A stretch of 64,000 nt of DNA, from contig CAWAIF010000002.1 of NCBI GenBank assembly GCA_963782055.1, forward strand, positions 256,001 to 320,000, given 5' to 3'. The stretch's first letter is position 1, and every line of letters starts with the position of its first letter. Below, piece after piece: positions 10,339 to 19,651 of the stretch. The notes beneath the pieces are model-generated. The model did no database searches. It was not told the DNA's origin and was given only the letters and a program-made list of their open reading frames with translations. Source of the DNA: an uncultured delta proteobacterium. GTDB lineage: Bacteria > Myxococcota_A > Polyangia > Polyangiales > Polyangiaceae. The position numbers and the translations under genes were made by a program.

Positions 10339-12450
10339 CTACACCTCCGTCACCTCCAGGATGCGCACTGTCCTGCCGGGCACTCGCACCTCGAAGGCAC
10401 CCGCGGTGCGCGCGATGGGCTGGCGCGCGTTGCCCATCGCGTCGGCCAGGGCGCGCGCGCCGGCGACGGCGACCTTCGCCACGAGCGGCGCGGGCGTGGG
10501 GTTCATCACGAAGACGAGGCGCGGGGCGCCGCCGGCGTCGTGGTGGACGCTCACGTGCGCCTCCGCCGGGTCCACCGGGTAGGTGGGCAGGCCGAGCTCG
10601 TCGATGCGCCGCGCGACGAGGGCGTCGGCGCGGGCGGCGTCGTCCAGCGGCCAGAGCTCCAGGCCGGTCACGTCGTGGGGCTTGTTCATCCGGCGCCACG
10701 CCCCGTCGCGTGAGGGCACCACCGGGCCGATGGTCACGCGGCAGCCCTCGCCCGCGCGCGCGCGGAGCTGCGTCAGCACGTCCGCCTTCAGGCCGCCGGG
10801 CGTGGCGCAGACGATCCACGCGGCGCCGCGCGTGCTCGCCGTCAGGCTCTCCCCGCCGGCGTACGCGAAGGGCACGCCGCGCGCCGACAGCGCCCGCTCG
10901 AAGGCGCGAATGTACGCCTCGGCGGCGAGCGTCGGCGCCAGGCGCGCGTCGGCCGTGTCGGCCACCTCGACCTCGGGCGGCTCGTGCCCGAAGTCCTCCT
11001 CGAAGCAGCTCTCCCGGAAGCCGGCGCCGAGCACGTTGAAGAGCGCGGGCGTGAGCGGGCCGAAGGCGTGCGACGCGCGCGCCAGGCGGCGCAGCGAGCG
11101 CGGGATGACCAGGCGCACCGGCGCGCGACGCTCCAGCGCGAAGAAGCGCGTGCGCTCCAGGGTGGCGCACAGCTCCTTGTAGGCGTCGGCCAGCTTGCGC
11201 GGGCGGCCGTGCGGGTCGATGGGCGCGCCGATCCAGCGGTCGCGCTCGACGGCCATGTAGAGGTTGAAGCCGCGCAGGCCGTAGCCGAGCGCCGCCTGGA
11301 GCGTGTAGAGGGAGTCCTTCTCGTCCTGCGGGGCGAAGAAGGGCGGGAAGCCGGCGCCGATCTCGGCGGCGTACGCCGGCGACTCGGCGCCCTCCGCGCG
11401 GCCGGCGAGCTCGGTGGTGCGGCGCATGAGCACCACGTGCTCGGCCGGCGAGGCCTGGTGGTAGTAGTCCAGCGCCACCAGGTCGATCGACCCGGCGAGG
11501 CGCTGCGCGTTGAGCGGTGTCGCCGCCTCCCCCAGCGGGAAGTTGTGCATGGTGGGCACGCCGGACACGCCCAGCTCGGCGAGCTTCTGTCCCATGCGCT
11601 CGAAGGCGGTGGCGAGCAGGTGCTCGTGGTACTCGACCCAGTCCAGGTGCCGCGCCAGATCGTCCGGGCCCTCGGCGTCGAAGCGCGCCGGCGGCTCGGC
11701 GTTGCCGAAGGACACCTCGCCGTCGCCCCACGCGGACCGCAGCGCGCTCGGCCGCTTGTACTTCGTGCGAAGGAAGCTGCGAAAGAGCTGGATGGAGTCC
11801 GGGTGGTAGTCCTGATCGTAGGGGCCATCGCGGAAGTAGAGCGCGCCCTCGTTGTCGATCTGGAGCATCACGATGGGGCCCTCCGGGTAGAGGTGCTCGG
11901 CGAGGATGGGCCCGCACGCATCGAACCAGGTCTCCACCTCCTCGTGGAAGGCCTCGCTCGCGTAGCTCGGTACCGGGAAGGCGGCGGGGACCATCGGCAG
12001 CATCACCGGGTTGTCGCGCGGCGTGCGCGCCTGGCAGGCGCGGTCCCACACGATGCGCTCCGGCAGGCCGAAGTTGGTGAGCTCGGCGTTGATGTGCGGC
12101 CCCGGCCGGATGACGACGTAGAGCCCGCGCTCGTGGCAGAGGCGGAGGAATCGCGCGAGATCCAGCGCGGCGCTCCGCTCGCCGAAGTCGAAGAGGCGCG
12201 GCTCCATCTCGTGCACGCCCCACGGGACGTAGGTGTCGACGAGGCGCATGCCCATCGCGCGCATGGCGTCCAGCGCGGCGCCCCACTCGTTCGGGTCGTT
12301 GCGCCAGTAGTGCATGGCGCCGCACACCAGCGGCACCACCTCGCCCCCGCGCAGCTCCAGGCCGTGCGGGTGCAGGTGGACGCGCGCGTCCTTGTCGCGG
12401 GCGCGGGTGCTGGCTTCTCGGGCGCGCGGCGCCGTCTTGCGCGGGCTCAA
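10339..12450 (-). CDS. Glycoside hydrolase family 35 (beta-galactosidase-like)
   Basis: GAMHYWR, TYVPWGVHE, RPGPHINAE..FGLP, QIDNEG (acid/base), AAEIGAG (nucleophile region); TTG start at 12450 overlaps the upstream stop (TTGA). Confidence 0.8.
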   Translation of the reverse strand: MSPRKTAPRAREASTRARDKDARVHLHPHGLELRGGEVVPLVCGAMHYWRNDPNEWGAALDAMRAMGMRLVDTYVPWGVHEMEPRLFDFGERSAALDLARFLRLCHERGLYVVIRPGPHINAELTNFGLPERIVWDRACQARTPRDNPVMLPMVPAAFPVPSYASEAFHEEVETWFDACGPILAEHLYPEGPIVMLQIDNEGALYFRDGPYDQDYHPDSIQLFRSFLRTKYKRPSALRSAWGDGEVSFGNAEPPARFDAEGPDDLARHLDWVEYHEHLLATAFERMGQKLAELGVSGVPTMHNFPLGEAATPLNAQRLAGSIDLVALDYYHQASPAEHVVLMRRTTELAGRAEGAESPAYAAEIGAGFPPFFAPQDEKDSLYTLQAALGYGLRGFNLYMAVERDRWIGAPIDPHGRPRKLADAYKELCATLERTRFFALERRAPVRLVIPRSLRRLARASHAFGPLTPALFNVLGAGFRESCFEEDFGHEPPEVEVADTADARLAPTLAAEAYIRAFERALSARGVPFAYAGGESLTASTRGAAWIVCATPGGLKADVLTQLRARAGEGCRVTIGPVVPSRDGAWRRMNKPHDVTGLELWPLDDAARADALVARRIDELGLPTYPVDPAEAHVSVHHDAGGAPRLVFVMNPTPAPLVAKVAVAGARALADAMGNARQPIARTAGAFEVRVPGRTVRILEVTEV

Positions 12451-12833
12451 GAGAGCGTCACCTGGCGAGTGATGGCGTTGGAGGACAGGCCGCTCTGGTC
12501 GATGACCGTCACCACGACGCCGAGGGTCTTGCCAGAGAGGACCGGCTCCAGGCACAGGTCCAGCTCCTGGCTGTCGGAGGGCTGGGCGAAGGGCACGGTC
12601 TGCGAGAAGGGGATGTCGGGGAGCTCGACGTGGATGCTGGTCACGGTGTCGTCGGGGTCATGGAAGGTGACCTGGATGGGGAGGAGATACTTGCCGGCGC
12701 ACGGGTCGGCGGCGGCCACGCTCGCCAGGGCCGGGATGGTCACCGAGTCCAGGACGGGTGGCTGCGCCCTGGGTGGCCCGCCGTCGGAGCACGCGGCGAT
12801 GCCGAGGAGGAGGGCGACGCAGGCGAGGCGCAT
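12447..12833 (-). CDS. Small lipoprotein (Ig-like fold suspected)
   Basis: MRLACVALLLGIAACSDGG lipobox; DPDD motif and VxDxxGLxS C-terminus. Confidence 0.7.
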   Translation of the reverse strand: MRLACVALLLGIAACSDGGPPRAQPPVLDSVTIPALASVAAADPCAGKYLLPIQVTFHDPDDTVTSIHVELPDIPFSQTVPFAQPSDSQELDLCLEPVLSGKTLGVVVTVIDQSGLSSNAITRQVTLS

Positions 12834-12894
12834 CGGGGGGAGTCTACACCGGGCCGGCGGGGGAATGGCCCGGGAGCAGGGGGACGCTGTCGCG

Positions 12895-14202
12895 CTACGT
12901 CGCGGAGCCGTCCGCGTCGTCGTCCTGGTCGAGGAGGTCGAGCGCTTCGGCGAGCTGCTCGTCGTCCTCCTGCGCGGCCGCTTCGAACGCCACGCGCAGC
13001 CGGGGTGCGGCCACCGCCGCCCCCGCCGCGCGCAGCCGGTCGCGCGCCTCGTCGTCGCCCGACCCGCCGAGCGCCGCCGCCGCCGCCGCCCGATCGCGCG
13101 GCGCCGCGGCGGGGTCCTCCACCACGCGCCAGAGCTGCTCCACGTCGACGGCCGCCGCGCGGAAGCCGGCGGTCGCCCCCGCGCCCGCGCGTCGCAGCTC
13201 TCCGATCCACGCCCTGGTGTCCAGTCCGAGGTGCGAGGGGAGCGCGACGCGCGCACCGCCCGCCTCTCCGGACGCGGCCGCCATCGCCTCGCGCAGCCGC
13301 GCGGCGACGACGTCGCCAGCGTAGAAGCCCAGGCGTCTCTGCTCGCGCGCGGTGTAGAAGCCCACGCGCTCCCCGTCACGGAGCACCAGATCGAAGCCCT
13401 GCGACGCCGCGCGCGCCCCGCGCGCCTCCGGGCCGGGCCAGGACGCGACCTCCTTCACGTCGGCCCATCGCACCACGCGCTCGCGGCCCCACTGCTTCAT
13501 CCAGATGCCGTCGGTGCCGAAGGTGACGTGCAGCCGCGACCGCGCCCACAGCGCCCAGTAGCCTGCCGCCGCGCTGGCGCCGAAGGCCCACGCGACGGCC
13601 TGGCCCACCGCGCTCATCTCGCCGTGCGGCGCCGCCCCGCACGCCAGCCCGAGCCCGAGCGCCACCAGCAGGACGGGCCAGAGGAACATGTAGAAGGTCA
13701 CGAGGGCGCCCAGACGGAAGAAGCGCCCGGGCAGCACGTAGGACGTGCGCATGTGGCCGCCGTCCATCCCCAGCGCCGCGATCACCGCCTGCGGGTCGCC
13801 GCCGCGGAGGAAGCGCGCGCGCGTGCGACCCCGAAGCCGCAGGCGCACGACCGGCGTGCTCCACTGAAACTGCGCGACGGCCGCGGACGCGATCTGGTCC
13901 GCCGGCACGGCCAGCGTCTGGTCCAGGAAGATGCCTCGCCGATCCACCGCGAGCGCCCCGCGCCGCGCGTGAGGCCAAGCGTTGCGCGATCCGATCAGGG
14001 CAAGCGCCAGGAAGGACACGCAGAGGACCGGCGAGGCGAACATCAGCCACCCGGGCTCCGAACCCGACCTGGCCACGAAGCCGAACGCCGCCAGCGCAAG
14101 GAGACCGGGCGCGGCCACGATGGCCAGGGGCAGCACGTTGCGGTGGAGGAGCGCGCCCTGCGTCGCTGTGTAGCTCTCTGGTCGCGGTCGGGGCGAGGTC
14201 AT
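12895..14202 (-). CDS. Hypothetical membrane protein (two TM pairs, PH-like segments)
   Basis: Four hydrophobic segments, each pair followed by V/IxxxGI..; C-terminal LWRVVEDPAA..RAAAA helices. Confidence 0.6.
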   Translation of the reverse strand: MTSPRPRPESYTATQGALLHRNVLPLAIVAAPGLLALAAFGFVARSGSEPGWLMFASPVLCVSFLALALIGSRNAWPHARRGALAVDRRGIFLDQTLAVPADQIASAAVAQFQWSTPVVRLRLRGRTRARFLRGGDPQAVIAALGMDGGHMRTSYVLPGRFFRLGALVTFYMFLWPVLLVALGLGLACGAAPHGEMSAVGQAVAWAFGASAAAGYWALWARSRLHVTFGTDGIWMKQWGRERVVRWADVKEVASWPGPEARGARAASQGFDLVLRDGERVGFYTAREQRRLGFYAGDVVAARLREAMAAASGEAGGARVALPSHLGLDTRAWIGELRRAGAGATAGFRAAAVDVEQLWRVVEDPAAAPRDRAAAAAALGGSGDDEARDRLRAAGAAVAAPRLRVAFEAAAQEDDEQLAEALDLLDQDDDADGSAT

Positions 14203-14314
14203 CGGACGGATGCGGCATGAAGCGTAGCCGAAGCTCCCCGCCGTGTCCGGCCGCGCCCGGCCCCGGCACACGTCGGCACACTGGTGGGGACCGGGAATCC
14301 GCTTGCATCCCTGG

Positions 14315-14330
14315 TGGCACGTCGGCTGCA
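14315..14330 (+). promoter_or_regulatory. Putative sigma-54 (-24/-12) promoter
   Basis: TGGCACG-TCGG-CTGCA, exact GG-N10-GC spacing, upstream of the ferritin-like gene. Confidence 0.6.
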
Positions 14331-14342
14331 AGGTGAACTCGC

Positions 14343-15455
14343 ATGCGCTTCTCCCGCCTGCCTCCGAAGGACGACATCGTCAGCATCCAGCAGGCGCTCG
14401 GCCACCGCGTGATCACGATCCTCGCCGCGACCGTCCCCCTCGCCGCGGCGGTCGCCGCGTGCGGCGGCAGCGCCACCGACGTGGCCGGCGACGGCGGCGA
14501 CGCATGCCAGGGTGTGTGCTGCAGCGGCCCGCCCCCGCCGACCCCGTACTCCGTCACCTACGTGGAGTGCGCCGCGTCGGCGCCGGACGCTGGCGACGAC
14601 GCCGCCGACGCATCCGACCTGGACGCGTCGGACGACGGCTCGGTGGCCGACGCGTCGGACGACGCCCAGGACGCCGCCGCGCTGCCACCGGCGTGCTACG
14701 CGACGTGCGAGCAGGCATGCATCGCGCACCTGCAGGCGGGCGGCTACGGGCACTGCGTCGACGCGATCGACGGCGACGGCGGCGCGACGATCGCGCACTG
14801 CGAGCTCTGGCACACCTGCGGCCGCCGCTTCGACGGCCTGGTGGAGCCGGGCACCGGTCCGCGCGGGGACGTGCTCGGCGCGGTGCTCGCGCGCGCGGCG
14901 TGGCTCGAGGCCGCCTCGGTGCGTGCCTTCCGCCGGCTGGCTCGCGAGCTGCGCGTTCACGGCGCACCGGCGTCGCTCGTGCAAGCAGCGCGGGAGTCGG
15001 CGCGTGACGAGGCCCGGCATGCCCGGACGATGACGCGCCTGGCGCGCGCCCACGGCGCCACGGTGCCGCGCGTCGAGGGAGAGGAGCCGACTGCGCGCGA
15101 GCTGGAGGCGGTGGCCCGGGAGAACGCGGTGGAGGGCTGCGTCGGCGAGACGTACGGCGCGCTGCTCGCCGCCTTCGCCGCGGAGCAGGCCGCGGACCCC
15201 GCCATACGCGAGGCCATGCGCGGCATCGCGCCGGACGAGCTTCGTCACGCGTCGCTCGCCTGGGCTGTCGCCGCGTGGGCCGAGCCGCGCCTGTCGCCCG
15301 ATGCACGCGCCCGCGTCGAGGGAGCGCGGGCGGCGGCGGTGCAGCGGATGATGGACGAGGCGGTCGACCCGCACCCGACGGTGGCGCGCGCCGCTGGCGT
15401 CCCCGACGCGTCGCTCGCGACCCACATGGTGGAGGCGATGTTCCAGGCCGCGTAG
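14343..15455 (+). CDS. Ferritin-like (diiron) domain lipoprotein
   Basis: Lipobox VAAC; LEAASVRAF..DEARHA, ENAVEGCVGET, DELRHA (two ExxH motifs); true start may be downstream. Confidence 0.75.
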   Translation: MRFSRLPPKDDIVSIQQALGHRVITILAATVPLAAAVAACGGSATDVAGDGGDACQGVCCSGPPPPTPYSVTYVECAASAPDAGDDAADASDLDASDDGSVADASDDAQDAAALPPACYATCEQACIAHLQAGGYGHCVDAIDGDGGATIAHCELWHTCGRRFDGLVEPGTGPRGDVLGAVLARAAWLEAASVRAFRRLARELRVHGAPASLVQAARESARDEARHARTMTRLARAHGATVPRVEGEEPTARELEAVARENAVEGCVGETYGALLAAFAAEQAADPAIREAMRGIAPDELRHASLAWAVAAWAEPRLSPDARARVEGARAAAVQRMMDEAVDPHPTVARAAGVPDASLATHMVEAMFQAA

Positions 15456-15461
15456 GGACGC

Positions 15462-16505
15462 CTACACCTCGTCGGGCAGCGCGCGGTGCAAGAGCTCGCC
15501 CAGCGCGGCCATGTCGGGATCGCTCGCCCGCAGGCGCTCGATGGACGAGGCCACCTTCTTCACCGTCGGCGTGACGAAGCGAAGGAAGGCCGGGTTGCGC
15601 TTCACCCGGTCGATGTAGACGAAGCGCCCGGCGTCCTTCAGCTTGCGCTGCACCGTCACCGTGTCGAACTCGACGCCCAGCGCGGCGCGCTCGTCGCCCT
15701 TCATGCCCATCGCCTCGGCGAACTCGTCCAGCCGCGCCTCCACGAAGGCGCGATCGAACTCCTGGTAGCTGTCGTTGAGCAGCGCCACCAGGTCGTAGAT
15801 GCGCGGGCCGAGCAGCGCGTCCTGGAAGTCGATCCAGCAGAGGGTGCCGCCGTCGCGCACCATCAGGTTGCGCGACTGGTAGTCGCGGTGGACGAAGCCG
15901 CGCGGCCAGCCGGCGATGCGGCGGGCGAGCCGGTCGGCGAGCGTGTCGAAGAGGACGCGGTCCTCCGGCGAGAGGGTGTGCCCGCGGCCCTCCAGCCCCC
16001 ACTCGCGGAAGTGCTCGATCTCCCAGCGCAGCAGGTCCTCGTCGAAGGCGCGGGTGGCGACGACGCTGCCGGCGGGCAGGTCGGCGAGCGCCCGCTGCGC
16101 CCGCGCCAGGTCCTTCACCGCGCGCGAGTACAGCTCCGCGCGCGCGGATGGTTGACGTATCAAGTAGTTGGCGAGCGTGTCCTCGCCGAGGTCCTCGAGG
16201 AGTAGCCACCCGGCCTCGGTGTCCTCGCCGTGCAGGCGCGGCACGTCCACGCCGCGGGCGGCGAGCAGCTCGCGCACCTCGAGGAAGGGCCAGCGGCGGC
16301 GGACTCCCTCCTTGCCAATCTCCTCCGGCTTGCCGCCCTCGGCGACGAACATGGCGACCGCCGACCGGCCGTCCTCCATCATGACGCGAAAGTAGCGGCG
16401 CGTGGAGGCCCCGCCCGGCATGGGCTCGGTGTCGAAGGCGACGGCCCCACGGCCGGTCATCCCCTCCACGAGGGCGGCGAGCTTGCCGAAGTCGAGCTCG
16501 GGCAT
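15462..16505 (-). CDS. APH-family phosphotransferase (AmgK-like MurNAc/GlcNAc kinase)
   Basis: GGASTRRYFR, LLLEDLG, VHRDYQSRNLM, IDFQDALLGP.YDLVALL, QRKLK..G.F. Confidence 0.82.
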   Translation of the reverse strand: MPELDFGKLAALVEGMTGRGAVAFDTEPMPGGASTRRYFRVMMEDGRSAVAMFVAEGGKPEEIGKEGVRRRWPFLEVRELLAARGVDVPRLHGEDTEAGWLLLEDLGEDTLANYLIRQPSARAELYSRAVKDLARAQRALADLPAGSVVATRAFDEDLLRWEIEHFREWGLEGRGHTLSPEDRVLFDTLADRLARRIAGWPRGFVHRDYQSRNLMVRDGGTLCWIDFQDALLGPRIYDLVALLNDSYQEFDRAFVEARLDEFAEAMGMKGDERAALGVEFDTVTVQRKLKDAGRFVYIDRVKRNPAFLRFVTPTVKKVASSIERLRASDPDMAALGELLHRALPDEV

Positions 16506-16620
16506 CGCGCTGCCATTACCACACTTTCCGGCGCGGCCGCGCGGCGAAGCCTGCGACGGACACCCGTACCCCAGCTCTGCTATGGTCCCCTTGCGGCCAG
16601 GGTTTGAGGAGGAGAATTCC

Positions 16621-17577
16621 ATGCGCTTTCATCGATGTCTTCTTGTGAGTGTGGCGGCGGGCTCGCTGGTGACGGCGGTCGCATGCAGCGGCGGAGCCGG
16701 GTCGAGCTGCGGCAGCTACTACGATGCCCTCGTCGCCTACACCCAGCGATGCGGTAGCACCACGTCGCTCGACGCGAGCGAGCGCTCCAACTTCGTCGAC
16801 GCTTGCAACAGCCTTGCCAACGCCCCGGGGACGAACAACCTGAGCGGGCAGATCGACTCCTGCACCAGCGAGCTCAAGTCGGCCGCCTGCGGCGGGATCC
16901 CGTCGTGCATCATCCGCGGGACGCTGGCTGACGGTGCGGCCTGCGGCAACCCCGTGCAATGCTCCGGAGGCCGCTGCGCCAACACCCAGCAGTCCTCGGC
17001 GACCAGCGAGATCGGCTGCGGCACCTGCGGCGCCTACGCGAAGCTCGGCGACGCCTGCGGCAACACCGGCGCCGCTTGCGACACCTCCACCGGGAGCTGC
17101 GTCAACGGCACGTGCACCGCGTACGTCGCGCAGGGCGGCGCGTGCGGCAGCGGGCAGGGCGACTGCGCGACCGGCCTGTCGTGCGACTCCACCCAGACCT
17201 GCCAGCCCCCTCCGGGCAAGGGCGAGGCGTGCACCCTCTTCTGCCAGTCTCCGTACGCGTGCATCGGCGGCACCTGCGCCGACGCCGTCGGCGAGAACGG
17301 GGCGTGCCCCACCGGCCTGGAGTGCGCCTCCAACCTCCAGTGCGACTTCACCACGCACACGTGCATGAAGCCGACGACGGCGAAGGCGGGGGAGGCGTGC
17401 GGGGTGGTCAACAACCAGTTCGTGAACTGCGACAGCGGCCTCTCCTGCCAGAACAAGGTCTGCGTGGCGCCGAAGAAGAAGGGCGACGCCTGCACCGTCG
17501 GCAAGGGCGAGTGTGACGTCTACCTCGCGTGTGTCGACAGCGTCTGCGTGGTGCCGGACTACAGCGTCTGCAAGTGA
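16621..17577 (+). CDS. Cysteine-rich repeat lipoprotein
   Basis: Lipobox AVAC; repeated GxAC....C..GL.C..G.C units; RBS GAGGAG. Confidence 0.85.
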   Translation: MRFHRCLLVSVAAGSLVTAVACSGGAGSSCGSYYDALVAYTQRCGSTTSLDASERSNFVDACNSLANAPGTNNLSGQIDSCTSELKSAACGGIPSCIIRGTLADGAACGNPVQCSGGRCANTQQSSATSEIGCGTCGAYAKLGDACGNTGAACDTSTGSCVNGTCTAYVAQGGACGSGQGDCATGLSCDSTQTCQPPPGKGEACTLFCQSPYACIGGTCADAVGENGACPTGLECASNLQCDFTTHTCMKPTTAKAGEACGVVNNQFVNCDSGLSCQNKVCVAPKKKGDACTVGKGECDVYLACVDSVCVVPDYSVCK

Positions 17578-18210
17578 ACCGGCCGGCGGCGGGGTTTCGC
17601 GTCGCCGACGTGGCGGCGCAAGCCGCCTTCGCGCTGCCCCCGGGCGCGGAGGCGGCCCTCGACGCCTGGCTGACGCTCCTCGTGGCGTGGAACGCCCGGA
17701 TGGATTCTGACGGCGGCGAAGACCGCGGACAATCTCGCCGAGCTGATGCTCTGCGACGCGCTGGTCCTCGCGCGCGAGGTCCCGCAGGGCGCGCGCGTGG
17801 TGGACGTGGGCACCGGGGCCGGCGCGCCGGGCCTGGGCCTCGCCCTGGCGCGGCCGGACCTGCGCGTGACGCTCGTCGAGCCGCTGCGCAAGCGCGTGGC
17901 CTTCCTGCGCACGGTGATCGGCTCGGTGAGCTCCGGCGGCGCGATGCCGGAGCTCGTCACCGGCCGCGGCGAGGACCTGCCTCGCCGGCAGTGGGACGTC
18001 GCGGTCTCGCGCGCCACCCTCGTGCCGGGAGCGTGGCTCGCGCTCGGCGTCGAGCTCGTCCGTCCGGGGGGCGGCGTCTGGGTTCTGCTCGCGCAGTCGG
18101 AGCCGCCGGCGGCCCCCGCGGGGGCGCGCGGCCCCGCGCTGACACGCTACGCGCTCCCTTTTTCCGGCGTCTCCCGCGCTGCCGCCCGCTACGACGTCGG
18201 AGGGGCTTGA
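17574..18210 (+). pseudogene. rsmG: 16S rRNA m7G527 methyltransferase RsmG with a +1 frameshift (true pseudogene or sequencing error)
   Basis: Frame 1 reads ...LLVAWNARMD; removing one T at 17705/17706 gives LTAAKTADNLAELMLCDAL...VDVGTGAGAPG...LVEPLRKRVAFL...VSRA. Confidence 0.8.
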
Positions 18211-18223
18211 CGCGTTCGGCGCC

Positions 18224-19642
18224 GTGGCGTCCCCTGCTAGCGTGTCCGACACGTCCAGCTCCCCGGCGCGCGGGGTACCACCCGCCGCCCGAAGCAATCC
18301 CCGGAGGCCGCAGCGCCTCGGCCCCTACGAGGTGGGCCCCAAGATCGGCGGAGGCGGCATGGCGACCGTCTACCTCGGCCGGCGAGTGGAGGGCGCGCCC
18401 GCCGGCGAGGTGGTCGCGCTGAAGGTGATCAAGGACGAGCTCGCCGGGCAGACCGAGTACGTCCACATGTTCCTGGACGAGGCGAAGATCCTCTCGCGCC
18501 TCTCGCACCCGGACATCATCGAGACGCGCGAGTTCGGCGTGACCGAGGAGAGTCGCTTCATCGCGATGGAGCTGCTCCTCGGACGCTCGCTGATGGACGC
18601 CTGGGACCGGTGCGCGCAGGACGAGGGGCGCATCCCGCTCGACCTCGCGGCGTGGATCGCGGCGCGCGTCGCCGACGCGCTCCAGCACGCCCACGAGCTC
18701 GCCGACGACGCCGGCGCGCCGCTCCACGTCATCCACCGCGACGTCAACCTGACCAACGTCTTTTTGACCTACGACGGCCGCGTGAAGCTCATCGACTTCG
18801 GCCTGGCGAAGGCCAGGGGCCGTCTGGCGCGCAGCGGCGAGGGCATCGTCAAGGGGAAGGTGCCGTACCTCTCGCCGGAGCAGATCGCCGAGCAGCCCAT
18901 CGATCACCGCACCGACATCTACGCGCTGGGCGCGACGCTCTGGGAGATGACGACCGGCCGCCGCCTCTTCAAGCGCGAGACCGACCTGGAGACGCTGAAG
19001 GCGGTGCGCGCGCAGGAGATCCCCGACCCGCGCAACTTCGTCGAGGGCCTGTACCCGGAGGCGATGTGGCGCATCGTGGACACGGCGCTGCGTCGGGAGC
19101 GAAACGAGCGCTACCCGAGCGCCAGGGAGATGGGCGCCGACCTGGACACCTTCCTCGCGAAGTACGGGCGCAAGACGTCGATGGGCGAGGTGCTGACGGC
19201 GTGGCTGGAGGAGCTGTTCCCCGGCGAGAGGGCGGAGCAGGAGGCGTGGCTGGCGAAGGCGCGGGCCGCCGCCGCGCCGCCCCCCGGAGCGCGGCTCACC
19301 ATGCGTCCGCCGGTGCCCGTCGCCGAGGTGGAGGAGGAGCCGACCGCGACGAGCCACGAGGTGGAGGAGGTCGCGCCGGCGCCGGTCGCGCGCCCGTCGG
19401 TGGAGCCCACCTTGCCGGAGGCCGCGCCGGCGGAGGAGGCCGCACCGGTGCCGGTGTCACCGCCGGTCGCTGTCGCGCCGCCGGCCGCGCCGCCGGAGCC
19501 GTCGCCGCCGGAGGCACCAGCGAACGCCCCGGACGGGCCCCCGCCCGCCCCGAAGGAGCGCCACCCGCTGATCGCGGTGCTGGTGCTGCTGCTCACCGTC
19601 GGCGCGATCGCCGGCGCCCTGTACGCCCTCCGCGCTTGCTGA
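18224..19642 (+). CDS. Ser/Thr protein kinase with Pro-rich linker and C-terminal TM
   Basis: GGGGMATVY, VALK, HRDVNLTN, DFGLAK, GKVPYLSPEQ, DIYALG. Confidence 0.92.
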   Translation: MASPASVSDTSSSPARGVPPAARSNPRRPQRLGPYEVGPKIGGGGMATVYLGRRVEGAPAGEVVALKVIKDELAGQTEYVHMFLDEAKILSRLSHPDIIETREFGVTEESRFIAMELLLGRSLMDAWDRCAQDEGRIPLDLAAWIAARVADALQHAHELADDAGAPLHVIHRDVNLTNVFLTYDGRVKLIDFGLAKARGRLARSGEGIVKGKVPYLSPEQIAEQPIDHRTDIYALGATLWEMTTGRRLFKRETDLETLKAVRAQEIPDPRNFVEGLYPEAMWRIVDTALRRERNERYPSAREMGADLDTFLAKYGRKTSMGEVLTAWLEELFPGERAEQEAWLAKARAAAAPPPGARLTMRPPVPVAEVEEEPTATSHEVEEVAPAPVARPSVEPTLPEAAPAEEAAPVPVSPPVAVAPPAAPPEPSPPEAPANAPDGPPPAPKERHPLIAVLVLLLTVGAIAGALYALRAC

Positions 19643-19651
19643 GCGCGGGGA

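Noticed and set aside
17574..18210. rsmG loss as an adaptive streptomycin-resistance mutation
   Set aside because: The same GATTC signature in an unrelated gene favours an assembly artefact, and the rest of the gene is undecayed
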